The notes beneath the pieces were generated by a model, which had not been told where the DNA came from, did not search any database, and saw only the letters and a program-made list of their open reading frames with translations. From a virus (taxonomy: Duplodnaviria; Heunggongvirae; Uroviricota; Caudoviricetes), in IMG/VR virus record IMGVR_UViG_3300009709_000002, positions 64,001 through 128,000 of that record: DNA of 64,000 bases, one strand, 5' to 3'. The position numbers and the translations under genes are program-made. Shown here one piece after another: positions 1-12,055 of the stretch; position 1 is the stretch's first letter; the number at the start of each line of letters is the position of its first letter.

Positions 1-1831
1 GACAGGAGCAACTGGTGCCGCTGGTACTCCGGGTGGTCCTACTGGTCCTACTGGTGCATCTGGTCCAACTGGTGCCGCTGGTACTCCAGGCGGTCCTACA
101 GGTCCTACGGGAGCAACTGGAACTAACGGTATCAATGGTTCAAATGGACCCACTGGTCCAACTGGCGCTAATGGCGCTGATTCAACTGTAGCTGGTCCTA
201 CTGGCCCTACTGGCCCTAGCGTAACTGGTCCGACTGGTGCTGGTGCTACAGGCCCAACAGGAACCGCTGGTCCAACTGGTTCTACTGGTGCGACAGGCGT
301 AGGTGCTACAGGCCCGACTGGTGCTCAGGGTGTAGCAGGTCCAACGGGCCCTGCAGGTTCTGGTGGCAGCGGTTCTGGCACTACGGGTCCAACTGGTCCT
401 GCCGGTACTAACGGAGCAACTGGTCCGACAGGCGCTGCATCTACAACCGCTGGACCTACTGGCCCGACAGGTCCAAGCGTAACTGGCCCGACTGGATCTG
501 GCGCCACTGGTCCGACTGGTGCTGCTGGTGCGACGGGTCCTACTGGAGCTGCAGGAACTTTTGCAAATCAAAGTCCAGCAGTATTCTTCGCAGGTCCAAT
601 TACTGGAGCACCAGCGGCAGCTCCAGCTTTCCGTGCAATTAGCGGAACGGATCTTCCATCAAGCTTAGCTCTGACTGGATCTCCAACAGCTACGTCACCA
701 GCTATCGGTGATAATAGCGGAAATCTTGCAACAACCGCTTGGGTTCAATACCTGAACAACATGCTTCAGCTTAACGTAGCTGGTAACTCCAACGTTACGC
801 TGTCAGCAGTTCAGTATGGTTATGGTTCTATCAACCTTAGCGGAGCATTGACCGGAAATATTGCTCTTATTTTCCCATCAGGTATTGCTGGAAAGTGGGT
901 GGTTGGAAATAATACATCAGGAGCTTTCACTGTTACGTTGAAAACAGCCGCTTCAGGCACTAATACAATCGTACTTCCACAGAATTACTGGACAACGATT
1001 GTGTCAGATGGAACTAGCTTGTATCGTTCATACACGTACCTGAATGCAGCAGATATTTCTGGCGCTCTTGGTTACGTAGCTGTGAATAAAGGTGGCGATA
1101 CTATCACCGGTAGTTTGACGGTGAATGGTACTATGACAACATCAACCGGTGTTGTAACAGGCCAGATCACCGTTGGTAACGCTTCAGCAAACTACTACAC
1201 GATGAGCGGTGCTACTACAGGCAATTCACCATCGATTACAGCTACTGGATCAGATACTAACGTCAACCTGATCTTGAACAGCAAAGGTACTACTAGCCAA
1301 ACGATTATTTCATCAGCTGGCGGTCTGTCGGTTAACCAGACTTCGTATTTCGCTGGTGCTGTGACGATGAACAGCTCACTGGCTGTAACTGGAGCTGGTT
1401 CTGTTGGTGGTAACTTCCTTGTTGGTACAACGTCTAACAATGGTAGAGCTGCTCTGCAGGTAAATGGTGGCTTCACGGTGTCTGGTCGTCGTATTGGCTA
1501 CCAGCTTGCTCACCAAGTTTCTGCTGGTACCACAGGATCATTCACGATCACAGCGACAGGTTTCCCAACGTATGGCTTGTCTGACTGGGATTCGATGGAA
1601 GCGCTGTATTACTTCACTGTGTTCTCAACTGGATCTGGTCACCAAATTCAGGCGATCGCGCTGTATACCCAGAACTATGACGGTACTCCAATTCTGATTG
1701 GAACTATCGGTTCAAAGGTGAACGGCGGCACTGTAACATTTGGCTCAAGCGGTAACTCTCCAACAGCGGCAATTACTAACACGTCTGGTTCAACACCGAT
1801 CTACTCAGCACAGATCGTATACGCGAACTAA
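1..1831 (+). CDS. Collagen-like tail fibre protein, 5' truncated by window edge
   Basis: Frame open from base 2 ([14 protein letters not shown]..., Gly-X-Y) and continuous with the 761..1831 ORF; Gly/Ser/Thr-rich fibre-like C-terminus. Confidence 0.85.
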   Translation, partial: TGATGAAGTPGGPTGPTGASGPTGAAGTPGGPTGPTGATGTNGINGSNGPTGPTGANGADSTVAGPTGPTGPSVTGPTGAGATGPTGTAGPTGSTGATGVGATGPTGAQGVAGPTGPAGSGGSGSGTTGPTGPAGTNGATGPTGAASTTAGPTGPTGPSVTGPTGSGATGPTGAAGATGPTGAAGTFANQSPAVFFAGPITGAPAAAPAFRAISGTDLPSSLALTGSPTATSPAIGDNSGNLATTAWVQYLNNMLQLNVAGNSNVTLSAVQYGYGSINLSGALTGNIALIFPSGIAGKWVVGNNTSGAFTVTLKTAASGTNTIVLPQNYWTTIVSDGTSLYRSYTYLNAADISGALGYVAVNKGGDTITGSLTVNGTMTTSTGVVTGQITVGNASANYYTMSGATTGNSPSITATGSDTNVNLILNSKGTTSQTIISSAGGLSVNQTSYFAGAVTMNSSLAVTGAGSVGGNFLVGTTSNNGRAALQVNGGFTVSGRRIGYQLAHQVSAGTTGSFTITATGFPTYGLSDWDSMEALYYFTVFSTGSGHQIQAIALYTQNYDGTPILIGTIGSKVNGGTVTFGSSGNSPTAAITNTSGSTPIYSAQIVYAN

Positions 1832-1847
1832 CTGTAATTGATGTAAT

Positions 1848-1875
1848 CTTTGGGCTATCAAATGATAGCCCAAAG
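1848..1875 (+). terminator. Intrinsic terminator-like hairpin
   Basis: CTTTGGGCTATCA-AA-TGATAGCCCAAAG inverted repeat after the stop codon. Confidence 0.7.
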
Positions 1876-1891
1876 TTGTATATGATGCACG

Positions 1892-1898
1892 ATAAATA
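1892..1898 (+). promoter_or_regulatory. T4-like late promoter motif ATAAATA
   Basis: Same motif ~30 nt upstream of four consecutive structural genes (1892, 6248, 9024, 12021). Confidence 0.7.
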
Positions 1899-1927
1899 AT
1901 TGATCTTAATCTGGAAGACCACCTATT

Positions 1928-4900
1928 ATGCAGCTAAATTTTCGCCAAGGTATTATTCGAGCTCCAATCAACAGCTCATCAAACCAACCGGCATATTTGA
2001 GCTACAATGCCTCCACTAACCTGGTTGACATTATCATCCCGAATAACAGTTCGGGTGTGTCTGTTACTGTAGCTTATCAAAATTCTGATTATCTCGTTGA
2101 TCAGCTCACCTCACTATCAGGCGCATGGGGAGCTTTTGTCTGGAATCCGACATGGACGATTCCAGGACAAACTCCACCAACGAATCCAACATACTACATG
2201 TATTGGAGCATCTCCCTAGCAACCGGCCAGGTTTCGAGAGGCATTACTCCATATGCTCCAATCACAGCGATTAATGCTCCAAACCCAAATGCTATCGGTG
2301 CTTCACAGCATTGGTTCAACACGGTAACTAACGTGATGAGCATGTGGGATGGTAATTTCTGGCGTCCAGTGATTCACGTTTTCGCTGGCTCGATCAACTC
2401 AGCCTCAAACATTATCACCCACCAACCAGTTGGAATCTCTCAAGTTGGATTGAACTATCCAGGTGGATTGCTTGCTCCAGTTAATGCTGGCTATATCGTC
2501 TTCGGTCAAGATACAAAAGGCGTAAAGTTTAGTGACGGCACATTCTTGACAACCGCTAGCCAGATGGTTTCAAATAAGGCTGGCGTTTACACCTCGCCAT
2601 TCACGCTTGAAGCATTATCTACCCAAGCTATCGCATCAGCTCCAATTCCAGCTTTTTCGTGTGTGGCTTTTACTGGTTTGAATCAGATTGGTACAGCTTC
2701 ACCAACTGACATTACTCAGCGTCCAGTTGGTATTGTAACTTCATTAGTTCCAACAGGATCTTCTGGTAGCATTGTTTCAAGCGGAACTGTTTTCAACTCA
2801 AATTGGAATTGGGATGTAACACAAGGCACTGAGCTATATTGCGGTCCAGGTGGATCGATCATTCAAGGAACTGCTATCAATGCAGTTAATGGTCAATTCA
2901 AGATCGGTTCAATTCTCAGCTCTAACTCGATCATCGTATCACTTAGCTATTCTCCTAAGGGTGCTACTGGCCCAGCCGGTGTGGCTGGTACTGCAGGTCC
3001 TACAGGTTCTGCTGGTGTTGCTGGTTCACCTGGCCCAACTGGTGCAACAGGTTCTATGGGTCCAACTGGACCAGCAAATGGTCCAACTGGCGCTACAGGT
3101 ATTGCTGGCCCAACCGGCGCTATTGGTGCTACTGGCCCGACAGGCGCAAGCATTACTGGCCCGACAGGCGCACAATCAACGGTTGCAGGACCTACGGGCG
3201 CGACTGGATCAACTGGCCCAAGCGTAACTGGTCCTCAAGGTGTTCAAGGTGCAACCGGACCGACAGGCTCTGCCGGCGCTAACGGTGCCACGGGACCTAC
3301 AGGCGCAAACGGTTCAAATGGCGCAACTGGTCCAACCGGGCAAGCTGGACCAACCGGTTCTGCCGGTGCGAATGGTGTCACAGGTCCTACTGGACAAGTA
3401 GGACCTACAGGCGCGAATGGTTCAAATGGAGCTACAGGACCAACAGGTTCTGCTGGATCAAACGGTGCTACTGGTCCTACTGGATCTCAGGGTGCAATTG
3501 GTTCAACAGGTCCTACTGGATCTCAGGGCACAATTGGTTCGACAGGACCAACGGGTGCTACAGGTGTACAAGGTGTTGCAGGTTCTACTGGTCCTACGGG
3601 ACAAGCTGGTGCAGCTGGTTCTACTGGTCCAACAGGATCAAATGGCGTAGCTGGTCCAACTGGCGTAGCTGGTGAAAACGGAGCGACAGGACCAACTGGC
3701 GCAACCGGAGCAGCTTCGACTATCGCTGGTCCAACAGGCCCAACTGGTCTTAGCGGTTCTACTGGTCCTACAGGTGCTCAAGGTGTTGCTGGTACAGGCC
3801 TTACAAACAAAGGCGCCTGGGTGTCAGGCACGACTTATGATCCAGGCGACTACGTGTTTGCTACTGGTTCAACATCGTCTGCGCAGTCTATGTGGATTCA
3901 AAATTCTGCATCCCCATACTTGTCAACCATTCAACCAAATGAAGACACATCACATTGGATTGAATTCCAAGCTCCGGCCGGCGCAACTGGTCCGACTGGC
4001 AATGTTGGTCCTACAGGTCCAACTGGAGTAGCTGGTGAAAATGGGGCGACTGGACCTACTGGTGCTCAAGGTGCTGCCTCTACAGTTACAGGACCTACAG
4101 GAGCACAAGGCGTAGTTGGTGCAACTGGACCTACAGGCGTTGCTGGTTCAAATGGCGCCACTGGTCCAACAGGTTCACAGGGTGTAGTTGGTTCAACCGG
4201 GCCAACTGGTGCTACAGGCGCACAAGGCGCAGCGTCAACTGTGGCTGGACCGACAGGGCCAACTGGTCTTCAAGGTGCAGCATCGACTGTTACTGGACCC
4301 ACTGGTGCAGCTGGTTCAAATGGAGCCACGGGACCGACGGGCGCGGCTGGAGCTAATTCTACTGTAACTGGCCCAACAGGTCCTACTGGTGCAGCTGGAG
4401 CTGCATCAACCGTCACGGGTCCTACTGGTTGGACAGGCCCTCAGGGCGCAGCGTCAACTGTAACTGGTCCTACCGGCTGGACAGGACCACAAGGCGCAGC
4501 GTCAACTGTAACTGGTCCTACGGGCGTAGCTGGATCAAATGGAGCTACGGGGCCAACTGGAGCTCAGGGTGCAGCATCGACTGTTACTGGACCAACCGGA
4601 CCAACCGGACTTCAAGGTGCCGCATCTACGGTAACTGGTCCTACTGGTGCAGCTGGTTCAAATGGAGCCACTGGGCCAACTGGAGCTCAAGGAGCTGCAT
4701 CAACGGTAACTGGTCCGACAGGTCCAAGCGTAACTGGTCCGACAGGAGCTGCAAGCACGGTAACAGGCCCTACAGGTTGGACAGGTCCGCAAGGTGCAGC
4801 GTCAACTGTTACTGGACCTACAGGTCAAACTGGTCCTACAGGAGCTCAAGGTGCAGCAAGCACTGTAACTGGTCCTACTGGCCCAAGTGTAACTGGCCCA

Positions 4901-6193
4901 ACAGGTGCGGCATCAACCGTGACGGGTCCAACAGGTTGGACAGGACCTCAGGGTGCTGCTTCAACCATCACTGGACCTACCGGTGCAAATGGTTCAAACG
5001 GAGCCACTGGCCCGACAGGAGCAGCCTCAACAGTAGCTGGGCCAACTGGTCCTACAGGTGCAGCTGGAGCTGCATCAACCGTCACTGGTCCTACAGGTCC
5101 TAGTGTAACTGGACCAACTGGAGCCGCTGGAGCTGCATCAACCGTCACTGGTCCTACAGGTCCTAGTGTAACTGGACCAACTGGAGCCGCTGGCGCTGCA
5201 TCAACCGTTACAGGTCCTACGGGATGGACAGGACCAGCTGGTCCAACTGGCCCTGCTGGATCTGGAAGTGGCTCAGGCACTACAGGTCCTACTGGCCCAA
5301 CTGGAGCCGCTGGTGCTGCATCAACAGTGACAGGCCCGACAGGAGCAGCTGGTGTAACTGGCCCGACAGGTCCTGCTGGTTCTGGCGGTGGTGGTTCAGT
5401 AACTACTTCAGGCGTTCAAGCTGCTAGCACAACGTCGGTGTACTACAATATCACCGGTAACTCAACTGTTGCAACATCCGATGCTCAGAATTGTGCTGTA
5501 TTCTACATCACTGGATATTTGAATTCAACCTGCACGTTAAGCTTCCCATCTGGAGTACTTGGACGTTACATGATTATGGCTTATCAACTTGGTTCAGGCT
5601 CACCAAGCTATAAGCTGACTATCAACACCACAACAACTACTTCTGGCGCTGCAACAGTTTCGATCACTGCTGGTAAGAATATGCAAATCTTCAGTGATGG
5701 TACCAACGTGTACCTCATGGATAATGACTTCCCAGCAGGTGGCGGTGGTGGTTCAACAACTCGTGTTGGTTTGGCAAGCAGCCAAGGCACAACTGCTACT
5801 ACGATGACAACGATTCCAAGCTTCGGTTTGCCTCTCGTTGCCAACCAGTATCACAAGTTCCAATTCTGGCTCGCAGTTAACTTTAACGTTGCAACAACCG
5901 GTATTGTGATTGGTCTTACAACTAGTGCATCTTTCCAAACATTCAACTGTTTCGTTGAAATGCAAGATGGTGCAGACGGTACAACTAATAACTTCAGAGG
6001 ACAGATCAATAGCTTATCGCAGACCGTGACAGTTCCATCATCACAAGCTGCTAACTCGAATCAATTTGTAAGAGTTGAAGGTATCATGTACGCTACGTCA
6101 TCTGGCACTCTTTCGCTTCAGTTCGCAACGTCTGTGCTGTATTCTTACGTTGCAGTTCAAGTTGGTTCGATGGCAATTATCGAAACTCCATAA
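1928..6193 (+). CDS. Collagen-like virion fibre protein with conserved MxLxFRQG N-terminal domain
   Basis: 1421 aa; ~330-aa N-domain paralogous to 6287 and 12056; long GPT/GAT Gly-X-Y region; distinct C-terminal domain. Confidence 0.85.
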   Translation: MQLNFRQGIIRAPINSSSNQPAYLSYNASTNLVDIIIPNNSSGVSVTVAYQNSDYLVDQLTSLSGAWGAFVWNPTWTIPGQTPPTNPTYYMYWSISLATGQVSRGITPYAPITAINAPNPNAIGASQHWFNTVTNVMSMWDGNFWRPVIHVFAGSINSASNIITHQPVGISQVGLNYPGGLLAPVNAGYIVFGQDTKGVKFSDGTFLTTASQMVSNKAGVYTSPFTLEALSTQAIASAPIPAFSCVAFTGLNQIGTASPTDITQRPVGIVTSLVPTGSSGSIVSSGTVFNSNWNWDVTQGTELYCGPGGSIIQGTAINAVNGQFKIGSILSSNSIIVSLSYSPKGATGPAGVAGTAGPTGSAGVAGSPGPTGATGSMGPTGPANGPTGATGIAGPTGAIGATGPTGASITGPTGAQSTVAGPTGATGSTGPSVTGPQGVQGATGPTGSAGANGATGPTGANGSNGATGPTGQAGPTGSAGANGVTGPTGQVGPTGANGSNGATGPTGSAGSNGATGPTGSQGAIGSTGPTGSQGTIGSTGPTGATGVQGVAGSTGPTGQAGAAGSTGPTGSNGVAGPTGVAGENGATGPTGATGAASTIAGPTGPTGLSGSTGPTGAQGVAGTGLTNKGAWVSGTTYDPGDYVFATGSTSSAQSMWIQNSASPYLSTIQPNEDTSHWIEFQAPAGATGPTGNVGPTGPTGVAGENGATGPTGAQGAASTVTGPTGAQGVVGATGPTGVAGSNGATGPTGSQGVVGSTGPTGATGAQGAASTVAGPTGPTGLQGAASTVTGPTGAAGSNGATGPTGAAGANSTVTGPTGPTGAAGAASTVTGPTGWTGPQGAASTVTGPTGWTGPQGAASTVTGPTGVAGSNGATGPTGAQGAASTVTGPTGPTGLQGAASTVTGPTGAAGSNGATGPTGAQGAASTVTGPTGPSVTGPTGAASTVTGPTGWTGPQGAASTVTGPTGQTGPTGAQGAASTVTGPTGPSVTGPTGAASTVTGPTGWTGPQGAASTITGPTGANGSNGATGPTGAASTVAGPTGPTGAAGAASTVTGPTGPSVTGPTGAAGAASTVTGPTGPSVTGPTGAAGAASTVTGPTGWTGPAGPTGPAGSGSGSGTTGPTGPTGAAGAASTVTGPTGAAGVTGPTGPAGSGGGGSVTTSGVQAASTTSVYYNITGNSTVATSDAQNCAVFYITGYLNSTCTLSFPSGVLGRYMIMAYQLGSGSPSYKLTINTTTTTSGAATVSITAGKNMQIFSDGTNVYLMDNDFPAGGGGGSTTRVGLASSQGTTATTMTTIPSFGLPLVANQYHKFQFWLAVNFNVATTGIVIGLTTSASFQTFNCFVEMQDGADGTTNNFRGQINSLSQTVTVPSSQAANSNQFVRVEGIMYATSSGTLSLQFATSVLYSYVAVQVGSMAIIETP

Positions 6194-6211
6194 GTCTTAA
6201 AGTCGTACTTG

Positions 6212-6242
6212 AAAAGCGAGAAGTCTAGACTTCTCGCTTTTT
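6212..6242 (+). terminator. Intrinsic terminator
   Basis: Perfect palindrome AAAAGCGAGAAGTCTAGACTTCTCGCTTTT followed by T. Confidence 0.8.
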
Positions 6243-6247
6243 GTGCA

Positions 6248-6254
6248 ATAAATA
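6248..6254 (+). promoter_or_regulatory. Late promoter motif ATAAATA
   Basis: Recurrent motif between terminator and next gene start. Confidence 0.7.
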
Positions 6255-6286
6255 GACGAATACAATGCATTCATTAAGGTCAGCGC

Positions 6287-8986
6287 ATGAATTTAACTTT
6301 CCGTCAAGGTATTGTCAAATCACTAACCAACAATAATCAAGCTGCGGCTTTTTTAACGTCTTCTGGTTCTACTGTCAATATTTTGACAGAGGGTATTCCT
6401 GTTCTCATTACAGCTGCATACCAAACCGCTGACTACTTGGTGCAGATTCCGACAGACGTTCCAAATGCTTGGGGTCCATTCCAGTGGAATCCAATGTGGG
6501 GTCTTCAGCCAACCCAGACGAACTACTACATGTATTGGGACATCAATGTCGCTAATGGGTTGGTGACTCGTTCATATACGCCTCGTCAACCGTTCTATGG
6601 CCAGATTGCTCCATCACAGCCGCTAGACGATCAACATTGGTTCGACACCAATAACAACATCATGTACGTCTGGAACGGCATGACGTGGGTACAGAAGATT
6701 AGAGTGTTTGCTGGTTGTGTTTCAACCCAAAGTGGCCTGATCACCTACTCATTTGGTAGTCAAGTTGGTATCAGCTCTGGCACTCCAATCTACAATGCTG
6801 GTTACATCCTTTACGGGCCAGACCAGAAAGCCGTCAAAACATCTAGCGGATTGCTGGTCTCATCAACAACCGACATCAGCACCTACATCGGTAATTTCAG
6901 CTCGCCTGTTCAGCTAGAGCTTTTGGCGACTGATTCAATCGCGATGGAGCCGATTCCAGCGTACTACGCCGTAACGATCACCGGAAATGCTCAAATCAAT
7001 CTTGCTCAACCAAATGACAACAGCTCCAGAGCTGTTGGTCTAGCAGCTACAGATTGTATTGTTGGTCAAACAACAAAGATTATCACCCACGGCGCTGTTT
7101 ACAATGACCAGTGGAATTGGGACATCACTCTTGGCAAGGATCTTTACCTTGGTGAAAATGGCTCACTGTACCAAAGTCTTACGACGCCAAGTTCTACCGG
7201 AACTCAACGTGTAGCAACGATTCTCGCAACAAATGCGGTGATCGTTGACATTGATACTTACAGTGGAAATGGAACATCTTCGGAAGCCACATCGGCTCTG
7301 TATCGTATTGTGACAACCGCTGCTGCGACTTATGATCTTACACCAACAGACTTGACAGGAACAACCTGGTTGCGAATGACCAGCGCTTCGGCTAATAGCG
7401 TGGTGCTGACAGATGCGGTGAATAATGCTGTGCCTGTAGGTTCATTCATCAAGATTAGACAGGCTGGCGCTGGTACTACCACAATTATCCCAGCTGGCTC
7501 TGACATCTCAATTCTTCCTCCAACGATGTTGACGTCGAGCGCGCAATACACGACGTTTACTTTGGTTAAGGTAGATGCTCAGACTTGGGACATTGAAAAT
7601 GATCTAAGCACAAATTCACCAACTCCAACTCTAAGCGTGCTGTCTGTGGATGACATCACGGTTATTCCTATCACCACCATCGTAACAACTCCGTCAGTTA
7701 TTTCAATCAATGACATTACAGTTGTCCCGGTGGTAATTAGCGGCGGTCTACCAGTAGTAGCGATTAACGATGTCACGGTTGTTCCAGCTATCGTTTCTGG
7801 CGGAGGCACCGCATCAGGCTACTACTCAACTTCAGGCAATCAGATCATTGACAGCGTGGGTAACAACGTTCGTCTGAAGAGCGTCAACTGGTTCGGTGGT
7901 GAAGGGACTAACTACATTCCTAACGGCTTGTGGCAAGTAAGCTATCAATCATTGCTCGATGATATAGCTTCTATGGGCTTTAACACGATCCGTATGCCGA
8001 TCTCTGGTGATACGTTCACGACTGGTCAAGTAGCTGGTGGTATCAACACTGCGGTCAACGCAAGCTTTACGACAGATGGAACCACACCTAAGACGGTTGT
8101 AGAGATCTTTGACATCATTGTTAATTATGCTGGTGAACTTGGTCTTAAGATCATCTTTGATCACCACCAACAAACCGCTGCTGGTCAGAAAGATGGTCAG
8201 CCTTTCGGTGGATCTGGATCAGCATACACGGAACAAGATTGGATCAACACCTGGACGTACATCGCTACGCATTATGGCACGAATCCAACAGTCATCGGTG
8301 CTGACTTGCACAATGAACCTTACAACCTGACTTGGGCTGAATGGTCTTCACAGGCTGCTACTTGCGCTGCTGCAATTCAAGCAATTGCTCCAGATTGGCT
8401 GATCATTGTTGAAGGTGTTGGAACCTCGGCGACTGGTGCATCATATTGGTGGGGTGGTCAGTTGGCAGACGTAGCAAATGCTCCGCTCACACTTACTGTT
8501 CCACATAAGCTGGTTTACTCGCCTCATGAATATGGTCAATCGGTTGGTACACAATCTTGGCTCGCTACAGATTCAACTCCGGTGACAAACTATCCAAATA
8601 ACTTGTATAATGTTTGGAATGCGGCATGGGGCTTCATTTTTGAAAATAACATTGGCCCGATCTGGGTTGGTGAATTCGGCGGTAAGTTTGGTGTTGATGG
8701 ATCTGGTGCAGAAGATCCAACTTACGCTCCGAATTCAAGTGAAGAAATTCTGTGGGTCAATAACTTGATGAAGTATATGAACGGGGACTTCACCGGTTCT
8801 GGTACAAGCCAACTTTCTGGTTCAGAGCAGGGTATCTCATTCTCGTACTGGTGCTATAACCCGAACAGCGGCGATACTGGTGGCTTGGTCGAAGATGATT
8901 GGGTAACACATCAGACTGTCAAGCTTAATCTGCTTCAAAATGGTGGCTTGATTACGCCAGTCACTATCACTCCACCGTCATCCTAA
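6287..8986 (+). CDS. Putative virion protein: MxLxFRQG N-domain fused to glycoside hydrolase family 5 (endoglucanase-like) domain
   Basis: C-terminal half has GH5 motifs VNWFG, GFNTIRMP, DLHNEP (acid/base Glu), YSPHEYG, WVGEFGG (nucleophile Glu), NPNSGDTGG. Confidence 0.85.
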   Translation: MNLTFRQGIVKSLTNNNQAAAFLTSSGSTVNILTEGIPVLITAAYQTADYLVQIPTDVPNAWGPFQWNPMWGLQPTQTNYYMYWDINVANGLVTRSYTPRQPFYGQIAPSQPLDDQHWFDTNNNIMYVWNGMTWVQKIRVFAGCVSTQSGLITYSFGSQVGISSGTPIYNAGYILYGPDQKAVKTSSGLLVSSTTDISTYIGNFSSPVQLELLATDSIAMEPIPAYYAVTITGNAQINLAQPNDNSSRAVGLAATDCIVGQTTKIITHGAVYNDQWNWDITLGKDLYLGENGSLYQSLTTPSSTGTQRVATILATNAVIVDIDTYSGNGTSSEATSALYRIVTTAAATYDLTPTDLTGTTWLRMTSASANSVVLTDAVNNAVPVGSFIKIRQAGAGTTTIIPAGSDISILPPTMLTSSAQYTTFTLVKVDAQTWDIENDLSTNSPTPTLSVLSVDDITVIPITTIVTTPSVISINDITVVPVVISGGLPVVAINDVTVVPAIVSGGGTASGYYSTSGNQIIDSVGNNVRLKSVNWFGGEGTNYIPNGLWQVSYQSLLDDIASMGFNTIRMPISGDTFTTGQVAGGINTAVNASFTTDGTTPKTVVEIFDIIVNYAGELGLKIIFDHHQQTAAGQKDGQPFGGSGSAYTEQDWINTWTYIATHYGTNPTVIGADLHNEPYNLTWAEWSSQAATCAAAIQAIAPDWLIIVEGVGTSATGASYWWGGQLADVANAPLTLTVPHKLVYSPHEYGQSVGTQSWLATDSTPVTNYPNNLYNVWNAAWGFIFENNIGPIWVGEFGGKFGVDGSGAEDPTYAPNSSEEILWVNNLMKYMNGDFTGSGTSQLSGSEQGISFSYWCYNPNSGDTGGLVEDDWVTHQTVKLNLLQNGGLITPVTITPPSS

Positions 8987-9023
8987 TGCATAGGATCAAT
9001 TTATTTTGCTCCTATGTCAGCTA

Positions 9024-9030
9024 ATAAATA
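9024..9030 (+). promoter_or_regulatory. Late promoter motif ATAAATA
   Basis: Recurrent motif upstream of gene start. Confidence 0.65.
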
Positions 9031-9067
9031 GTACCATAGATTTTAGGCACCCTAATAAAGGAACTTT

Positions 9068-11959
9068 ATGTCAACAACAGCAATCTTTACGGTTACGCTT
9101 GCGCCAGCTTCTGCCAGTGTAGTGACTGTTAATTATGCTACCCAAGACGGTACAGCGAAGGCAGGTACGAATTACACTGCAACGTCTGGCACGCTTACAT
9201 TCCAGCCTGGTGATACTACGAAGACCGTTTCGGTTGTTGTGGCAGACATCGGCACCAATCAGCCAACAGAAGCATTCACTTTGGTGCTTACCACGCCATC
9301 TGGTGCTACTCTTGGTAAAGCGTCAGGTACGTGTACTATCACAGGTAGTGAAGGAACAGGCACGATCACGGTCTGGGGTCCACTTATTGATAATGGCCTG
9401 ATCACCAACGCATATCAGTTCCAAGCTGGTCGTGGTGATTACTTCCACGCAAACTCTGGTACGACGGAAGGTCAGTTCATCATGATCAATGCCGCTTACC
9501 TTGCTTACAACACTTTGTCTCCATTGACAAGTGATGCAACATCGCAAAATTCGGCAACTTTCTATCATAACCTTGCAGCACAGATGCTTGACGCAATGGG
9601 TAATGGAACAACGTCAACACCAATTCTGCGTCAACCGATTCCAACCAATCCAGATACGATCTGCTTGCTGCACTGGCTGTTCGCTGCTAAGGGGCCAGTT
9701 CCACTGCAAGCATATAACTTGACGTACTTGGCTACGCTGACGAATGGTAAGTTGACAATTCCAGTGAGTGATACAACATCGCACGCTGCGGACACGTTCA
9801 ACGTTTGGCAGATTTATCCAGCTACATCGACTCTGTTGTACGCATCCCCTTACTCTCCAGTAATTGGTGGTGGCGGTATCACGATCACATCTAGCATGTG
9901 GACGTTTGACTCAAACAATAACGTCATTATTACACCTCCTGCTGGTACGGCCGCTGGTTCGTACAATATCGTGTACGGCTATGGTAATGCTGCAACGCTT
10001 CCACAAGGCGATGCATATGAAGCTTATCCAGTTTGGACAGCAATTCCTGATGGTTACGCAGCTTGCGCGCCAGATACATTCCGCTGGTTTGACCAAGCTA
10101 TCAACAATGCTATTGCTCTTGATACTCGCTCAGGTAACTCCACCAAGTGGACTCAGCTTCGTGATGCAATGCGCATGACTTCTGTCAATGGTCAAAACCT
10201 GACCGATCTTCGTCAAGTTTTTGAACCACTACCAGGCATTGGCGTATTTGATCCAAGCGCTCGCTCGGGTATGTTCTGCTACTCGAATAGAACTGGTGCT
10301 CTTCCACCGTCAGACCCAACGCTTAACCAAGCATGGACTGGTTACAACTTCTTCTCACTTGACACTACGAGCCCGAACGGCGCAGGTCTTGGCGACATTA
10401 TTTGTACTGTTCCGACGACTGGTACAACAGGTGAGCAAGTTCAGCTTGGTCGTGGTATTTCTGACTCATGGCGTGGTCAAATTCTAGCTTCTGACGGTGT
10501 GTCGATCATCCAAGAACCAGACCAGTACTTGTACGTTCAATGCAGCTGCTCAGTTGTTCCGACTGGTTCAGAAGTGTTTGAAGTTTTCGTATCAAGCACA
10601 TCTGATTATGAAAATGCAACTCGTTGGTACTGCAATATCGGTGCTTACGCTAACTTCGTTGCAACACCAACAGCATCAGGCAACGTCATCACTTTCCTGG
10701 TGCCGCAGTCTGACCTGAAGAACAAAAACGGTTCTAACACGCCAATTCCACTTGGCACGACGATTCTGAACTTCGGCTTTAACAGCGAAATTGAAGAACC
10801 ACACTCGTTCCGTATCCGTGCGATGCGTATCGTTTCAGGCCCTTCACAATCTTGGGTTCAGGCTAACCTGGCTGAAGCTGCTGGTGGTTATGGTACTCTG
10901 CCATACTTCCCAGGTGCAATGCCGTTCGCAGTTAATGCTGACCTGGTCAATCAACAGTTCGTCGGCTATAATGGCAACCCGTTCCATGGTTACCAAGGCC
11001 CAGACTACTGGTTGGATCGTGTTAATGAGGCTGTGACAGTTCACGGTACGCTGACGTCACAAGATCTTCCTTGCGCTCAGATTACTGCCCATGGCGCATC
11101 GCTTGGTGGTGGTATGATCTATCCGATATCGTTGACTAACCAGAACGGGGTAGCAAAACCAACTCACCTGCTGCTGATGGAACAACAAGTTCGCTTCTTG
11201 GCTGATGCTCAGACAGCTTACAACACTCACGGCGGTCAGCTTGGTCCGTTCGCTCACACATTCGTTCTGAATACTCCAGCTCGTTTCAACATCGGATCAC
11301 CTCCGATCAATACTTGGGTTTACACGAACGACGATCCGAACACTCAGTGGATTGGTTACCAGTGCCGTCCGGTTGAAGCTCTTTGTAACGCCGCTTACCA
11401 GACATACTCAACGACTCAGTCGACGAACCAGGCGCAAGACGTTTACAACATGTGCTTGAGCATCGCTACGACGTGGCTCACATGGTTGAACAACTACTGG
11501 CCAAACCTGAACGGTATCGAGTATACTGACCCAGTGCTCGGCCAGCTGCTGCTCAAGGGTATGCCAACGAATTATCCGGATCCAACCATCAGTGCTCCGA
11601 CAACGACATATGATGAACCACACGGGCCAGCGCTGATTATTCGTGCATGTATGTGGTTGAAGTTGATCAACGTCAACTCCGCAACAAACACGCTGTGCGA
11701 TGCACTGATGACTCGCTGCTGGGAATACATGGAAACGCAATACCAGCTGACTGGTGATATGCAATACACTTGGTCACCGATTCCTTCGCAACACAACTGG
11801 TATGGTTTCTGGCACGGTGAAATCATCACGACGATTGCTCGTTTGGCAACAATCGGTTCATCGATTCTGCCAGCTGGTATTCCACTCGCTACGCTTCAGC
11901 TTCGTCTTAACCAGACTGAATCGTGGCTGCTCAATACTGGTGTTGTGACAAGCGGCTAA
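9068..11959 (+). CDS. Calx-beta domain protein with large uncharacterised (possibly glycoside-hydrolase-like) region
   Basis: N-terminal FTVTL..VTVNYATQDGTAKAGTNY..SGTLTFQPGDTTKTVSV is typical Calx-beta; GTTEGQ motif follows. Confidence 0.7.
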   Translation: MSTTAIFTVTLAPASASVVTVNYATQDGTAKAGTNYTATSGTLTFQPGDTTKTVSVVVADIGTNQPTEAFTLVLTTPSGATLGKASGTCTITGSEGTGTITVWGPLIDNGLITNAYQFQAGRGDYFHANSGTTEGQFIMINAAYLAYNTLSPLTSDATSQNSATFYHNLAAQMLDAMGNGTTSTPILRQPIPTNPDTICLLHWLFAAKGPVPLQAYNLTYLATLTNGKLTIPVSDTTSHAADTFNVWQIYPATSTLLYASPYSPVIGGGGITITSSMWTFDSNNNVIITPPAGTAAGSYNIVYGYGNAATLPQGDAYEAYPVWTAIPDGYAACAPDTFRWFDQAINNAIALDTRSGNSTKWTQLRDAMRMTSVNGQNLTDLRQVFEPLPGIGVFDPSARSGMFCYSNRTGALPPSDPTLNQAWTGYNFFSLDTTSPNGAGLGDIICTVPTTGTTGEQVQLGRGISDSWRGQILASDGVSIIQEPDQYLYVQCSCSVVPTGSEVFEVFVSSTSDYENATRWYCNIGAYANFVATPTASGNVITFLVPQSDLKNKNGSNTPIPLGTTILNFGFNSEIEEPHSFRIRAMRIVSGPSQSWVQANLAEAAGGYGTLPYFPGAMPFAVNADLVNQQFVGYNGNPFHGYQGPDYWLDRVNEAVTVHGTLTSQDLPCAQITAHGASLGGGMIYPISLTNQNGVAKPTHLLLMEQQVRFLADAQTAYNTHGGQLGPFAHTFVLNTPARFNIGSPPINTWVYTNDDPNTQWIGYQCRPVEALCNAAYQTYSTTQSTNQAQDVYNMCLSIATTWLTWLNNYWPNLNGIEYTDPVLGQLLLKGMPTNYPDPTISAPTTTYDEPHGPALIIRACMWLKLINVNSATNTLCDALMTRCWEYMETQYQLTGDMQYTWSPIPSQHNWYGFWHGEIITTIARLATIGSSILPAGIPLATLQLRLNQTESWLLNTGVVTSG

Positions 11960-11980
11960 GATCTTCTCTTAGTACATCTC

Positions 11981-12004
11981 AAAGGCTACCATATGGTAGC
12001 CTTT
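11981..12004 (+). terminator. Intrinsic terminator
   Basis: Palindrome AAAGGCTACCATATGGTAGCCTTT followed by GTTTTT. Confidence 0.8.
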
Positions 12005-12020
12005 GTTTTTAGCTTGTGAA

Positions 12021-12027
12021 ATAAATA
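12021..12027 (+). promoter_or_regulatory. Late promoter motif ATAAATA
   Basis: Recurrent motif upstream of gene start. Confidence 0.7.
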
Positions 12028-12055
12028 TGACATCCTAACCATCAATGAGAAACTA

